A DNA stretch of 64,000 nucleotides from Flavobacteriales bacterium (GCA_016779995.1 JADHMO010000003.1:102733-166732), one strand, 5' to 3'. Shown: positions 17,551 through 28,465, counted from the first letter of the stretch. Numbers and translations are program-made. The notes: a model not told the origin generated them from the sequence alone.

Positions 17551-18343
17551 CTAGGGATTTTTCTAAATTAATCTTTTCATTTTTATTTAAAGACTCACAC
17601 ACATTGACATACCTCAATTGTTTCAAATCTTCAATGAAAGTCATTTTTATTTTATGGAATTTATCGTCATTCTCTGTGTCAATTTCGCTTATTAGACCAA
17701 GGTCTATTTTTGAAGGAAAAATATGAGAAAAACCACTTGTTATTATAGTGTCACCAATAGTTAACTTTACATGTGATGGGATATCGTATATACGAGCTTT
17801 TTTATAGCTTTTTCCATCCCACTGTAAAGAACCAAAATGGTTGTTTTTTTTGATTGCTACACTTAGTTTGCTTTGGCTATGTAAAATTGATAGTACCGTA
17901 CTGTAACGTTTTGAGGTTTCTTTAACTATACCAATAACACCTCTTTCAGAGATAACGCCCATGCCTTTTTTTATACCATCGATTTCACCTTTGTCTAGGG
18001 TTAAATAATTATTGGCCTTTGCCACAGAGTTATTTATGATAGTTGCTGAAATGTATTGATAAGGGTCTGTGCTTCTTATAGTATCTGTGTTTTGATAGCT
18101 AATAAGACTTTTTAATTTCGCATTCTCTAATAGGAGTAAATCGTTAGTCTTCTTTAGTGAAAAGTATTCTCTAATATTACTAATTACAGCAAAACTATTT
18201 GCCGTTACGCCATTAGTTGAATTTAAAAATGCGGCCTTGTGAAATTGACTGTTTTGAACGATAAGAAATAAGGCAAAACTTTCTAAAAGAATGAATAAGA
18301 GTAAATGATTGTGTTTATTTATTAACTCTAATAGGTTACGCAT
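17543..18343 (-). CDS. mreC: rod shape-determining protein MreC
   Basis: N-terminal TM, coiled-coil region, and beta-rich C-terminal domains (GMGVISERGVIGIV). Sits downstream of mreB. Confidence 0.8.
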   Translation of the reverse strand: MRNLLELINKHNHLLLFILLESFALFLIVQNSQFHKAAFLNSTNGVTANSFAVISNIREYFSLKKTNDLLLLENAKLKSLISYQNTDTIRSTDPYQYISATIINNSVAKANNYLTLDKGEIDGIKKGMGVISERGVIGIVKETSKRYSTVLSILHSQSKLSVAIKKNNHFGSLQWDGKSYKKARIYDIPSHVKLTIGDTIITSGFSHIFPSKIDLGLISEIDTENDDKFHKIKMTFIEDLKQLRYVNVCESLNKNEKINLEKSLDE

Positions 18344-18358
18344 TTTCTATCCAATAAT

Positions 18359-19381
18359 TTATCGAATTAAAAATGGGAAGTTTTCAGTATTCTTCAATGC
18401 AATTCCTGTGCCTCTAGCTACTGCTCTAAGCGGGTCTTCAGCGACATAAACTGGCAGTTTAGTTTTTAAAGATATACGTTTGTCAAGTCCTCTGAGCATA
18501 GATCCTCCACCAGTAAGGTAAATACCAGTATTGTAAATGTCGGCAGAAAGCTCAGGAGGTGTTTGACCTAAGGCAGCAAGTACAGCTTGTTCTATCTGCG
18601 AAATAGTTTGGTCTAAAGCTCTAGCAATTTCTTTGTAAGTAACGATAATTTCTTTTGGAATACCACTCATCAAATCTCTACCATGAACAGCAAAATTTAC
18701 TGGTGGTTCTTCTAATTCTTGAAGAGCAGCACCAACATTTATTTTTATTTTTTCTGCCATACGTTCACCAATATCTATATTGTGATGATTCCTCATATAA
18801 ATACGTATATCCGTAGTGAAGTTATCACCTGCTACACGAATAGACCTATCGGTAACAATACCCCCTAATGAAATGACAGCAATTTCTGAAGTACCACCGC
18901 CTATATCAATAATCATATTACCTTTTGGTTCAAGAACATCTACACCGATACCAATAGCTGCTGCCATAGGTTCATGAATAAGAAATACTTCTTTTGCTCC
19001 AGCATGTTCAGCAGAATCTTTTACCGCTCTTTTTTCTACTTCTGTAATACCAGAAGGAATACAGACTACCATTTTTAATGATGGTGAGAATATACTTTTT
19101 CTTCGAGGTATCATTTTAATCATACCTCTTATCATTTGTTCTGCAGCAGAGAAATCAGCAATAACACCATCTTTCAGTGGCCTAATGGTTTCTATAGTTC
19201 TGTGGGTTTTACCATGCATTTGCTGGGCTTTCTTACCTATAGCAACAACTTTATTTAGGATAATATCTTTAGCTACAATTGAGGGCTCATCAACAACTAC
19301 TTTGTCGTTGTGAATGATAAGAGTGTTTGCTGTACCTAAATCAATAGCAATCTCTTGTGTCATAAAATCGAAAAAACCCAT
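18359..19381 (-). CDS. mreB: rod shape-determining actin homolog MreB
   Basis: IAIDLGTANT, DIGGGTSEIAV, LTGGGSMLRGLD. Full-length collinearity with MreB. Confidence 0.95.
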   Translation of the reverse strand: MGFFDFMTQEIAIDLGTANTLIIHNDKVVVDEPSIVAKDIILNKVVAIGKKAQQMHGKTHRTIETIRPLKDGVIADFSAAEQMIRGMIKMIPRRKSIFSPSLKMVVCIPSGITEVEKRAVKDSAEHAGAKEVFLIHEPMAAAIGIGVDVLEPKGNMIIDIGGGTSEIAVISLGGIVTDRSIRVAGDNFTTDIRIYMRNHHNIDIGERMAEKIKINVGAALQELEEPPVNFAVHGRDLMSGIPKEIIVTYKEIARALDQTISQIEQAVLAALGQTPPELSADIYNTGIYLTGGGSMLRGLDKRISLKTKLPVYVAEDPLRAVARGTGIALKNTENFPFLIR

Positions 19382-19393
19382 ATTCTTTTCTTT

Positions 19394-20911
19394 TTAGTGT
19401 TTAAAATGTCTTGTTCCAGTCATTACCATGACCATTTTGTTTTCGTCGCAGTAGTCAATGGATAAATTGTCTTTTATAGATCCACCAGGTTGAACCACTG
19501 CTTTAATACCTGATTGATGTGCAATTTCTACACAATCTGCAAAAGGAAAGAAAGCGTCTGAAGCCATCACACAGCCCTCTAAATCAAAACCAAAATGCTT
19601 GGCTTTTTCAATTGCTTGATTTAAGGCGTCAACTCTAGAGGTCTGACCTACACCACTTGCCAATAGCTGCTTGTCTTTTACAAGAACGATAGCATTTGAC
19701 TTGGTGTTTTTACAAACTTTACTAGCAAACTCTAGGTCTGTCAAATGTTGTGCTGTTGGCTCTTCTTTTGTCACCGTCTTCATACCTTCAGCTCGGTCGA
19801 TGGCTACATCTTTATCTTGTTCTAAAACACCATTTAAAATAGTTCGAAACTGTCTATTTGGTAGCTTAGATTCCTTCTGCACTAATATAATGCGATTTTT
19901 CTTGGATTTCAAGATTTCTACAGCTTCTTTTTGATAGGACGGAGCAATAATGATTTCGCAGAATAAAGTGTTGATTTCTTGGGCTGTTTGCTCATCAAGT
20001 TCTACATTACAAACTAGTATGCCGCCAAAGGCTGAAATAGGGTCTCCAGCTAGAGCAGCCTTGTAGGCATCTTTTAAGTTATCCCTTGAGGCAATACCAC
20101 AAGCATTATTGTGTTTTAAGATGGCAAATGTGGTATCTTCAAATTCAGAGATGAGATGTATTGCGGCATCTACGTCGAGTAAATTATTATAAGAAAGTGC
20201 TTTGCCATTGAGTTGTTCGAAAAAGCCTTCAAGGTCACCATAAAATGTGCCTTTTTGATGTGGGTTTTCTCCATACCTCAAGCTATTAGCATTAGGCATA
20301 CTGAATTTGAAGGCTGTATTGCCATCATCGAAATATGTAAAAATAGCAGAATCGTAGTGCGATGAAATGTTAAAAGCTTTTGATGCAAAGCGTCTTCTGT
20401 CTTGAATTTCGGTGCCATCTTTATCTTTTAGAATATCATGAAATTCTACATAATCAGCTCTCGAAGAAATGACCATTACATCTTTGAAGTTTTTGGCTGC
20501 TGCTCGAATTAAGGAGATGCCACCGATGTCAATTTTTTCTATGATTGATTGTTCGTCAGCACCAGAAGCAACAGTTTCTTCAAAAGGGTAGAGGTCAACA
20601 ATAACAATATCAAACTCTGGAATGTCATATTCCACTAGTTGATTATTATCAGATTCTAACTCACGGCGACTTAAAATGCCACCAAAAACTTTAGGGTGTA
20701 GTGTTTTTACTCTACCTCCTAATATAGAGGGGTATGAAGTGAGGTCTTCTACTCTTTGGACATTTACTCCAAGTTCTTCAATAAATGTTTGAGTACCTCC
20801 TGTAGAGTAAATATTTACTCCTAATCGGTTGAGTTGTTCAACGATAGGGGCTAATCCATCTTTGTAAAAAACAGATATTAATGCATTTTTGGGCTGAATG
20901 TGTTTGTTCAT
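19394..20911 (-). CDS. purH: bifunctional AICAR formyltransferase / IMP cyclohydrolase
   Basis: ALISVFYKDGL MGS-like N-terminal domain, KTLHPKVFGGIL, and C-terminus ...MTGTRHFKH. Confidence 0.95.
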   Translation of the reverse strand: MNKHIQPKNALISVFYKDGLAPIVEQLNRLGVNIYSTGGTQTFIEELGVNVQRVEDLTSYPSILGGRVKTLHPKVFGGILSRRELESDNNQLVEYDIPEFDIVIVDLYPFEETVASGADEQSIIEKIDIGGISLIRAAAKNFKDVMVISSRADYVEFHDILKDKDGTEIQDRRRFASKAFNISSHYDSAIFTYFDDGNTAFKFSMPNANSLRYGENPHQKGTFYGDLEGFFEQLNGKALSYNNLLDVDAAIHLISEFEDTTFAILKHNNACGIASRDNLKDAYKAALAGDPISAFGGILVCNVELDEQTAQEINTLFCEIIIAPSYQKEAVEILKSKKNRIILVQKESKLPNRQFRTILNGVLEQDKDVAIDRAEGMKTVTKEEPTAQHLTDLEFASKVCKNTKSNAIVLVKDKQLLASGVGQTSRVDALNQAIEKAKHFGFDLEGCVMASDAFFPFADCVEIAHQSGIKAVVQPGGSIKDNLSIDYCDENKMVMVMTGTRHFKH

Positions 20912-21044
20912 TTATCTATGGTCTTATCTTGCAATATTACCTAAATAACATCTTTCAATCAACCACTATTAAAAGCTTTTACCTGTTTGTTAATAACTTT
21001 CAATTCCTTCAAAAAATCTTATCTTTATCCAACCAATTTTCATT

Positions 21045-22286
21045 ATGATTTTACTGCGTATTTTTTTAGAAAGTTTTCGTTTTGCCTGGCATGCCATCGT
21101 TAGTAATAAATTGAGAACTTTTTTGTCTTTGCTAGGTGTAACCATCGGCATATTAGCAGTTATTACCGTATTTACAATTGTTGATTCTTTGGAGAAAAAC
21201 GTCCGTGATAGCATCAACAAATTAGGAAGTGACGTCATTTATATTCAAAAATGGCCTTGGGGTGCTAGCGATGGTGGTGAATACAAGTGGTGGGATTTTA
21301 TGAGTAGGCCAGAGGTAGAAATTAGTGAAATGAAAAAGTTAGCCGCTAAGTCTAAAAAAGCAGAGGCTATTGCCTTTATGATTAGTGCAAATAGAACACT
21401 CAAATACCTTAATAATAGTGTCGAAGGGGTAGATGTTATGGCAGTTTCATACGATTGGAAGTCGATTCGAAGTTTTGACTTGGCTTATGGTAGATATTTT
21501 ACTGAGCAAGAAATTGATGGGGCAAAAAACTATGTCATATTAGGTCATACCATAGCACTTTCCTTGTTGAATAATTTAGACAATGTGGGAGAGGTTATTA
21601 AGATTAAGGGTGAAAAAGCTACTGTTATTGGTGTTTTTTCTAAGGAGGGAGAAGATATTACTGGCAACTCTTTAGATGATGCTGTTGTTGTACCTGTTAC
21701 TTTTGGATATAAACTAATGAACAAGCGATGGAGCAATCCCACTATTATTGCAAAAGCAAAAACTGATGTTTCTAATGAGGAGTTAAGGTATGAGCTCACC
21801 GGTGTTATGCGTTCGCTGAGGAGACTTAAGCCCAAAATGTCGGACAACTTTGCTATGAATGAAATAAGTTTGATAAGTAGTCAGCTAGATAGTTTGTTTT
21901 CAGTAATTGGTTTAGCTGGTTGGATAATAGGAGGGTTTTCTATTTTAGTAGGGGGCTTTGGAATTGCAAATATTATGTTTGTTTCTGTCAAAGAAAGAAC
22001 TAAACAAATAGGCATACAGAAATCACTAGGGGCAAAGAACAGTTTTATCTTATATCAGTTTTTGTTTGAATCTATCTTTTTGTGTTTAATTGGAGGCATT
22101 CTAGGTTTGACTTTAGTCTTTTTACTGACTCAGTTAGTGACTAATTTTCTAGATTTTTCTATTGATTTAACCCTTGAAAATATTGCTTTAGGTTTGAGTG
22201 TATCTGCAATAATTGGTATAATCTCGGGTATTGTTCCAGCATTATCGGCATCAAAACTTGACCCTGTTGAGGCCATAAGAAGGTAG
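21045..22286 (+). CDS. ABC transporter permease (MacB/FtsX family)
   Basis: N-terminal TM, MacB-like periplasmic domain, C-terminal FtsX 3-TM module (ERTKQIGIQKSLGA). No cognate ATPase adjacent. Confidence 0.8.
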   Translation: MILLRIFLESFRFAWHAIVSNKLRTFLSLLGVTIGILAVITVFTIVDSLEKNVRDSINKLGSDVIYIQKWPWGASDGGEYKWWDFMSRPEVEISEMKKLAAKSKKAEAIAFMISANRTLKYLNNSVEGVDVMAVSYDWKSIRSFDLAYGRYFTEQEIDGAKNYVILGHTIALSLLNNLDNVGEVIKIKGEKATVIGVFSKEGEDITGNSLDDAVVVPVTFGYKLMNKRWSNPTIIAKAKTDVSNEELRYELTGVMRSLRRLKPKMSDNFAMNEISLISSQLDSLFSVIGLAGWIIGGFSILVGGFGIANIMFVSVKERTKQIGIQKSLGAKNSFILYQFLFESIFLCLIGGILGLTLVFLLTQLVTNFLDFSIDLTLENIALGLSVSAIIGIISGIVPALSASKLDPVEAIRR

Positions 22287-22347
22287 TCCAATTATTGAAC
22301 GATAAGATTAGTTAGTGTAAAGTAATAATCTACTGACTAAAATTAAA

Positions 22348-25300
22348 TTATTCCAATAATATAGAATTGATTTTCTCTATGCCTTGTTGAATGCTATTGA
22401 CATTTTTTATTCTAAAAATCAATTTACCTTTCAGTTCTTTCATCTCACAATTTTTATGATTCTTTTTAAAATATTCTAAGACCTTACCAAAGGTGGTAGA
22501 TTGAAAATAGGGATTTTCTTGTGGAGGGAAATATCCTGTTAGATTTTCGTTCTTTAGAGATATACGTTGGAAGCCTAGGGTCTTGCCTATCCATCTTAGT
22601 CGAAGTGATAAGATTAGTTCTTGCACTTCTGTGGGTAAAGGTCCAAACCTGTCAATAAGTTTAGCTTTGTATTCTATAAGTTGCTCTTCTTCAGATAAAC
22701 TGCTCAGTTCATTATATAATTTTAGACGCTCACTGATGCTATTGACATAATCGTTGGGGATTAATATTTCCATATCAGTATCTAACTGACATTCGTCAAC
22801 AAATTCTTTTTCTTTATCATCTTCGGCATACAATTCCTTAAACTCTTCTTCTTTCAGTTCGTTGATAGCTTCGTCCAATATCTTTTGATACATCTCAAAG
22901 CCTATATCACTAATAAAGCCGCTTTGTTCTGCACCCAGCAAATCTCCTGCGCCACGAATATCAAGGTCCCGCATAGATATGTTAAACCCACTACCTAGTT
23001 CAGAAAATTGTTCAAGGGCATTAAGTCGTTTTCTAGCGTCTGCTGTAAGAGAATAGGTAGGAGGGGCTAAAAGGTAGCAGAACGATTTTTTATTGGAACG
23101 TCCTACTCGTCCACGCATTTGGTGTAAATCACTGAGTCCAAAGTTATTGGCATTGTTGATGATGATGGTATTGGCATTTGGTATATCCAAACCACTTTCA
23201 ATAATAGTAGTAGAAACTAACACGTCAAATTCATTTTCCATGAAGGAAAGCATCAGTTCTTCCAGTTTTTTGCCTTCCATTTGACCATGACCTGTACCAA
23301 TCTTAGCATCTGGACAAAGTCGCTGTATGAGTCCTGCCACTTCTTTAATGTTTTCAATTCTATTGTGAACAAAAAAAACTTGTCCACCCCTAGAGATTTC
23401 ATAACGGATAGCGTCACGAATAGTTTCTTCATCAAAAGTGCATACTTCTGTTTCTACAGGATATCTATTTGGCGGTGGGGTATTGATAACCGATAAATCC
23501 CTAGCACCCATCAAAGAAAATTGTAAGGTTCTTGGTATAGGTGTGGCGGTCAGTGTTAAGGTATCTACATTAGCTTTAAAGGTTTTGAGTTTATCCTTGA
23601 CAGCAACTCCAAATTTCTGTTCTTCGTCAATAATTAATAATCCTAAATCTTTAAAGCTAACGTCTTTTCCTACAATTCTATGTGTGCCTATAAGAATATC
23701 CACTTCTCCTTCAGCTACTGCTTTTAAAGTTTCTTTTTGCTCTTTCGTAGTCCTAAATCGATTGATATAATCCACTTTACAAGGCAATCCCAGCAACCTA
23801 TTTTTAAAGGTCTTGGCATGTTGCATAGCCAATATGGTAGTTGGCACCAATACAACCACTTGTTTATTATCTGTTACAGCTTTGAATGCCGCCCTAATGG
23901 CAACTTCCGTTTTTCCAAAACCAACATCGCCACAAACCAACCTATCCATAGGCATAATGCTTTCCATATCTCTTTTGACATCTAAAGTAGCTTTGTGCTG
24001 GTCAGGAGTGTCTTCGTACATAAAGGAGGCCTCTAGTTCATATTGTAAAAAACTATCTGGTGAAAATTCAAAGCCTTTCTGTTCTTTTCGCTTGGCGTAT
24101 AATTGAATGAGGTCATAAGCAATGGCTTTAACTCGGCTTTTTGTTTTTGCTTTTTTCTTTTGCCAAGCACCAGAGCCTAGCTTATTAGTCTTTGGTTCTG
24201 CTCCGTCTTTGCCACTATATTTTGCAATTTTGTGCAATGAGTGTATGCTAATAAACAAAGTGTCGTTGTCTTTGTATAATAGCTTAATGGCTTCTTGTTT
24301 TTTGTTATTTATGTCTATGGTGTGCAGTCCAGCAAAACGACCAATACCGTGGTCAATATGTGTGACATAATCGCCTGCTTGCAAACTATTGAGTTGCTGC
24401 AAACTGATAGCTTGATTGTCAGCAAAACTTTTTTTAAGGTGAAATTTATGGTATCTCTCAAAAATTTGATGGTCGGTATAGCAACATAATTTCAATTGAT
24501 GATCCACAAAGCCCTGACTCAAACTTAACAGAATAGGCTTGAAATGAGCGTCTTTATCGTAATCTTCTAAAATACTCTCAAAACGAATGATTTGTTCCTT
24601 ACCATTACAGAGAATAAAATTTTGATAGCCTTTATTGTGGGCATCTTCTAAATCCTCAATGAGTAAATCAAATTGTTTATTAAAGACGGGTTGTGGTGAA
24701 GACCGAAACTCAAAAGAAGCATCGGCGTTAAAGTAGTGGCGTTGCCCAAACTCTACCACAGGAAAATGAGCCAATTGTTTTAAGAACAAGTCTCCGTTTA
24801 AGAAAATGTGTTGAGGCTGGGTGTGTTTAAGAGGACTATCTTGAAGATTGTCAAAGTGTTGCTCTGCTTTTTCAAAGAGCTCATTGAGTTTGTTTTTGGC
24901 ATGGTCACAGTCTATGAGCCATACTTTAGAATTATTAGGTAAAAACTCTAATATACTCTCTTGGGCATTGTCACTAAAAATAGGGAATCGAGGAACAATG
25001 CTAATGTGTTTTTGCTTTTCTTTAGACCTTTGGCTATTGATGTCAAAAGTCCTAATACTTTCTATTTCTTCGTCAAAAAATTCTATTCTGAAAGGGGACT
25101 CATTAGAAAAAGAAAACACATCTACGATACCCCCACGAACGGAATATTGACCGGGCTCAATGACAAAATCAACACGTTTGAAGTTGTATTCTTGCAGACA
25201 TTCGTTTAAAAAATCTATGGATATTTTATCCGATAGCTTAATATCGAAAGAGTTGTTTTTAAGTTGCTCTTGGCTGATGACTTTTTCAAAGATTGCCTCC

Positions 25301-25671
25301 GGATAACTGACTATTATAGGTAGATTTTGATGGTTTAAACTATTCAAAACCTCTGTTCGTAATAGAATATTGGCATTGTCGGTTTCTTCTAACTGATATG
25401 GTCTTCTGTATGAACTAGGATAAAACAATACTTTTCTGTTCAACAGTGTTTCGAGGTCATTCAGAAAGTAAGCCGCTTCTTCTTTGTCGTTAAAGATAAA
25501 TAGTTGAGGTCTTCTTATCTTTTGAACACTATGTGAGGCAATAAGTGCTGTTTGAGCACCAACTAAATTTTTAAGATGAAATTTTGCAGAATTATTTTCT
25601 CTAAAACAATCCGCCATTGCATTTAAGCAAGGGTGGTCTTTGTAGTGATTAGATAAAATTAAAGGTTTCAA
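22348..25671 (-). CDS. mfd: transcription-repair coupling factor
   Basis: 1107 aa. UvrB-homology N-terminus, CarD/RID domain (GDYVTHIDHGIGRF), SF2 helicase motifs DVGFGKTEVA and DEEQKFG, TRG motif region. Confidence 0.95.
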   Translation of the reverse strand: MKPLILSNHYKDHPCLNAMADCFRENNSAKFHLKNLVGAQTALIASHSVQKIRRPQLFIFNDKEEAAYFLNDLETLLNRKVLFYPSSYRRPYQLEETDNANILLRTEVLNSLNHQNLPIIVSYPEAIFEKVISQEQLKNNSFDIKLSDKISIDFLNECLQEYNFKRVDFVIEPGQYSVRGGIVDVFSFSNESPFRIEFFDEEIESIRTFDINSQRSKEKQKHISIVPRFPIFSDNAQESILEFLPNNSKVWLIDCDHAKNKLNELFEKAEQHFDNLQDSPLKHTQPQHIFLNGDLFLKQLAHFPVVEFGQRHYFNADASFEFRSSPQPVFNKQFDLLIEDLEDAHNKGYQNFILCNGKEQIIRFESILEDYDKDAHFKPILLSLSQGFVDHQLKLCCYTDHQIFERYHKFHLKKSFADNQAISLQQLNSLQAGDYVTHIDHGIGRFAGLHTIDINNKKQEAIKLLYKDNDTLFISIHSLHKIAKYSGKDGAEPKTNKLGSGAWQKKKAKTKSRVKAIAYDLIQLYAKRKEQKGFEFSPDSFLQYELEASFMYEDTPDQHKATLDVKRDMESIMPMDRLVCGDVGFGKTEVAIRAAFKAVTDNKQVVVLVPTTILAMQHAKTFKNRLLGLPCKVDYINRFRTTKEQKETLKAVAEGEVDILIGTHRIVGKDVSFKDLGLLIIDEEQKFGVAVKDKLKTFKANVDTLTLTATPIPRTLQFSLMGARDLSVINTPPPNRYPVETEVCTFDEETIRDAIRYEISRGGQVFFVHNRIENIKEVAGLIQRLCPDAKIGTGHGQMEGKKLEELMLSFMENEFDVLVSTTIIESGLDIPNANTIIINNANNFGLSDLHQMRGRVGRSNKKSFCYLLAPPTYSLTADARKRLNALEQFSELGSGFNISMRDLDIRGAGDLLGAEQSGFISDIGFEMYQKILDEAINELKEEEFKELYAEDDKEKEFVDECQLDTDMEILIPNDYVNSISERLKLYNELSSLSEEEQLIEYKAKLIDRFGPLPTEVQELILSLRLRWIGKTLGFQRISLKNENLTGYFPPQENPYFQSTTFGKVLEYFKKNHKNCEMKELKGKLIFRIKNVNSIQQGIEKINSILLE

Positions 25672-26670
25672 TTAATCCTCCTGCATAAATGATTCAGCCT
25701 TTTCAACCATTTCTGTTGAGCCAATAAAAAATGGCACACGCTGGTGTAAGTCATTAGCTTCTATATCCATTATTCGTTGAAAACCATCTGAAGCCTTGCC
25801 GCCCGCTTCTTCAATAATCCAAGCTAAAGGGGCGCATTCATATAAAAGCCTTAATCTACCTTTAGGAGCAGCATCGGTGCTAGGGTAAATGTAGATGCCT
25901 CCTTTCAGCATATTACGGTGAAAATCGGCAACTAATGAACCCATAAATCGTGCTGTATGGGTACGCTTTCCATTATTTAGTTGATGACAGTAATCGGTAT
26001 ATTTTCTAACGCCTTCGGGCATTATTTTTTCGTTGGCTTCGTTGACCGAAAATATTTCGCCATTGAGTGGTGTCTTAATGTTAGGATGCGATAGGCAGAA
26101 TTCGCCAATCGAGGGGTCAAGAGTAAAACCATTAACGCCATTTCCAGTAGTGTAAACTAGCATAGTAGAAGAACCATAAATGACATAACCTGCAGCAACT
26201 TGTTCAGTGCCTTTGACAAAAAATTCATCGGTGGTCACTTTTTTATTGGTTTCTTTTCTCTTTAACACATTGAAGATAGTTCCTACTGATACATTCACGT
26301 CTATATTAGACGATCCATCTAGCGGGTCCATACATACCAAGTATCTAGCTCCTTTGGACTCTAGCCCATCAAGAACAATGATTTCTTCATTTTCTTCAGA
26401 AGCGATAGCGGCGCATTGACCACCTGAATTTAGCGCAGAAATAAAAGCATCATTGGCATAAATATCTAGTTTTTTTACAGATTCACCCTGCACATTATCT
26501 TCGCCAACTTCTCCAAGGATATCGACTAATCCTGCCTTATTTATTTCTCGATTTACAATTTTTGCCGCTATGGATATGTCATAAAGCAAACGAGTTAAAT
26601 TACCAGTAGCTTCTGGTTTCAAAACTTGTTGTTCGGTAATAAATTCTGCTAGAGTAGTTATTTTAGCCAT
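25672..26670 (-). CDS. fbp: class 1 fructose-1,6-bisphosphatase
   Basis: DPLDGSSNIDVNVSVGTIF metal-binding motif, GGIYIYP...GRLRLLYE. Size about 330 aa. Confidence 0.93.
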   Translation of the reverse strand: MAKITTLAEFITEQQVLKPEATGNLTRLLYDISIAAKIVNREINKAGLVDILGEVGEDNVQGESVKKLDIYANDAFISALNSGGQCAAIASEENEEIIVLDGLESKGARYLVCMDPLDGSSNIDVNVSVGTIFNVLKRKETNKKVTTDEFFVKGTEQVAAGYVIYGSSTMLVYTTGNGVNGFTLDPSIGEFCLSHPNIKTPLNGEIFSVNEANEKIMPEGVRKYTDYCHQLNNGKRTHTARFMGSLVADFHRNMLKGGIYIYPSTDAAPKGRLRLLYECAPLAWIIEEAGGKASDGFQRIMDIEANDLHQRVPFFIGSTEMVEKAESFMQED

Positions 26671-26732
26671 TGGGTGCTTAATTATTCAGCAAATATCGAA
26701 TTTTTAGACAAATAATTACGTTCAAAAATAAT

Positions 26733-26740
26733 TAACTTTG
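26733..26740 (+). promoter_or_regulatory. candidate -7 box (TAACTTTG) for the GNAT / aspartate kinase pair
   Basis: Exact TAnnTTTG ending 11 nt before ATG 26752. No clear -33 element. Confidence 0.3.
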
Positions 26741-26751
26741 AACACTCTATT

Positions 26752-27237
26752 ATGGAAGTTAAAATTAGAAAAGGTCAAAAAGCCGATTTGCCTAGTGTAT
26801 TGAAACTTATCAAGGAACTTGCTGAATTCGAAAAGGCGCTTGATGAGGTTAGTGTGACTTTAGAAGAGCTTGAAGATGATGGCTTTGGTCAACATCCCTA
26901 TTATTGGTTTATCGTAGCCGAATATAAGGGTGAGATTATTGGACTTTCTTTTTATTTTATTCGCTATTCGACTTGGAAGGGGCGATTTTTATTTTTGGAA
27001 GACTTTGTAGTCAAGGAGAACTATCGAGGTCAAGGAGTTGGAGCGCAATTATTTGAGGAAACAATTCGAATTGCACAACGATTAAATGTTAAAGGTATGA
27101 TTTGGCAAGTATTGGATTGGAATGAAGATGCCATACGTTTTTACAAAAAATATGAAGCGTCCATACATACAGAATGGCTAAATGGAAAGCTGAGCAAAGA
27201 ACAATTAAATGCATTTGAATTAAATGAAAGTATTTAA
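26752..27237 (+). CDS. GNAT family N-acetyltransferase
   Basis: Acetyl-CoA binding motif VKENYRGQGVGAQLFEE. Size about 160 aa. Confidence 0.8.
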   Translation: MEVKIRKGQKADLPSVLKLIKELAEFEKALDEVSVTLEELEDDGFGQHPYYWFIVAEYKGEIIGLSFYFIRYSTWKGRFLFLEDFVVKENYRGQGVGAQLFEETIRIAQRLNVKGMIWQVLDWNEDAIRFYKKYEASIHTEWLNGKLSKEQLNAFELNESI

Positions 27238-28465
27238 GTTTGGAGGGGCGTCAGTTAAGGATGCCGAGGGTATTCGTAAGATTAGTCAACTTCTTCTCAA
27301 TGAAGGTGCAGAACCACTTGCTATTGTTGTTTCAGCTATGGGCAAAACGACCAATATGCTTGAAAATGTAGTCAATGATTATTACGACAGAAATACCCCA
27401 AACCTTGATGAAGTCAAGCACTACCACTATGCTATTTTAGAAGAATTATTTGATAAGTCTCATTCTATTTTTGATGAAATCAATAATCTATTTGTGGAGA
27501 TAGAATGGGCTATAGAAGATGCGCCGACGTCCACTTATGCTTATGAATACGACCAGATTGTATCTGTTGGCGAATTGTTGTCCACCAAAATAGTAAGTGC
27601 CTTTTTAGAGCAGGAAGGCTTTGCTAACAAATGGATAGATGCTAGAGATATTATCCGCACTGACAACACTTACAGAAACGCTCGTATAGATTGGCAGTTA
27701 ACCCAACAACAAATTGCTAAATACATTTCTAATGATGGGGTGTTTTTGACTCAAGGTTTTATTGGTTGCACCACAGAAAATTTCACGACTACTTTAGGAC
27801 GTGAAGGTTCAGATTTTACAGCTGCTATTTTAGGTTTTGCTTTGGACGCTGAAGAAGTAACTATCTGGAAAGATGTGGACGGCATGCTCAATGCTGACCC
27901 CCGTTATTTTGACGATGCTAAGTTGTTGCATCAGCTATCCTTTGCTGAGGCTATTGAGTTAGCTTATTTTGGAGCAAAAGTAATACATCCCAAAACCATA
28001 CAGCCCTTGAAAGAAAAAAACATATCGCTAAGGGTTAAGTCTTTCCTCAATCCTAAAGAGGAAGGAACTGTCATCTTTGAAGATGCAGAAATGAAACCCT
28101 TTATGCCTTCTTTTATCATTAAGGAAAATCAAATATTGATTTCTATTTCTGCCAATGATTTATCTTTCATCGTGGAAGACCATTTGAGTTATATTTTTTC
28201 GCTTTTTGCTAAATATGGACTAGCCATAAATATGATGCAAAACTCAGCAGTAAGTTTTTCTGTTTGCGTAGATAACGATTCTCAAAAAACATTACCTCTC
28301 ATTTCTGAACTAAAAGAAGGTTTTAAAGTTCAATACAACGACCAATTAACACTGTGTACCATTAGACACTATGACCAAGCTGCCATAGACAAAGTGGTGG
28401 ATGAAAAAAATATACTAGTAGAACAAAAAAGCCGTCAGACTGTTCAGTTTGTATTTTCAAATTAG
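27224..28465 (+). CDS. lysC: aspartate kinase
   Basis: MKVFKFGGASV N-terminus, GREGSDFTAA, and C-terminal ACT-like repeats. Overlaps the GNAT gene by 14 nt. Confidence 0.9.
   Translation: MKVFKFGGASVKDAEGIRKISQLLLNEGAEPLAIVVSAMGKTTNMLENVVNDYYDRNTPNLDEVKHYHYAILEELFDKSHSIFDEINNLFVEIEWAIEDAPTSTYAYEYDQIVSVGELLSTKIVSAFLEQEGFANKWIDARDIIRTDNTYRNARIDWQLTQQQIAKYISNDGVFLTQGFIGCTTENFTTTLGREGSDFTAAILGFALDAEEVTIWKDVDGMLNADPRYFDDAKLLHQLSFAEAIELAYFGAKVIHPKTIQPLKEKNISLRVKSFLNPKEEGTVIFEDAEMKPFMPSFIIKENQILISISANDLSFIVEDHLSYIFSLFAKYGLAINMMQNSAVSFSVCVDNDSQKTLPLISELKEGFKVQYNDQLTLCTIRHYDQAAIDKVVDEKNILVEQKSRQTVQFVFSN

Noticed and set aside
23093-25209. A chain of nine plus-strand ORFs (63-110 aa) lying antisense to mfd.
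   Set aside because: They tile the opposite strand of a very well conserved 1107-aa gene. Their translations are low-complexity (Ser/Leu/Phe/Ile-rich) with no recognisable motifs. They have no promoter or start context, and several overlap one another in different frames. This is the typical antisense shadow of a long, codon-biased gene.
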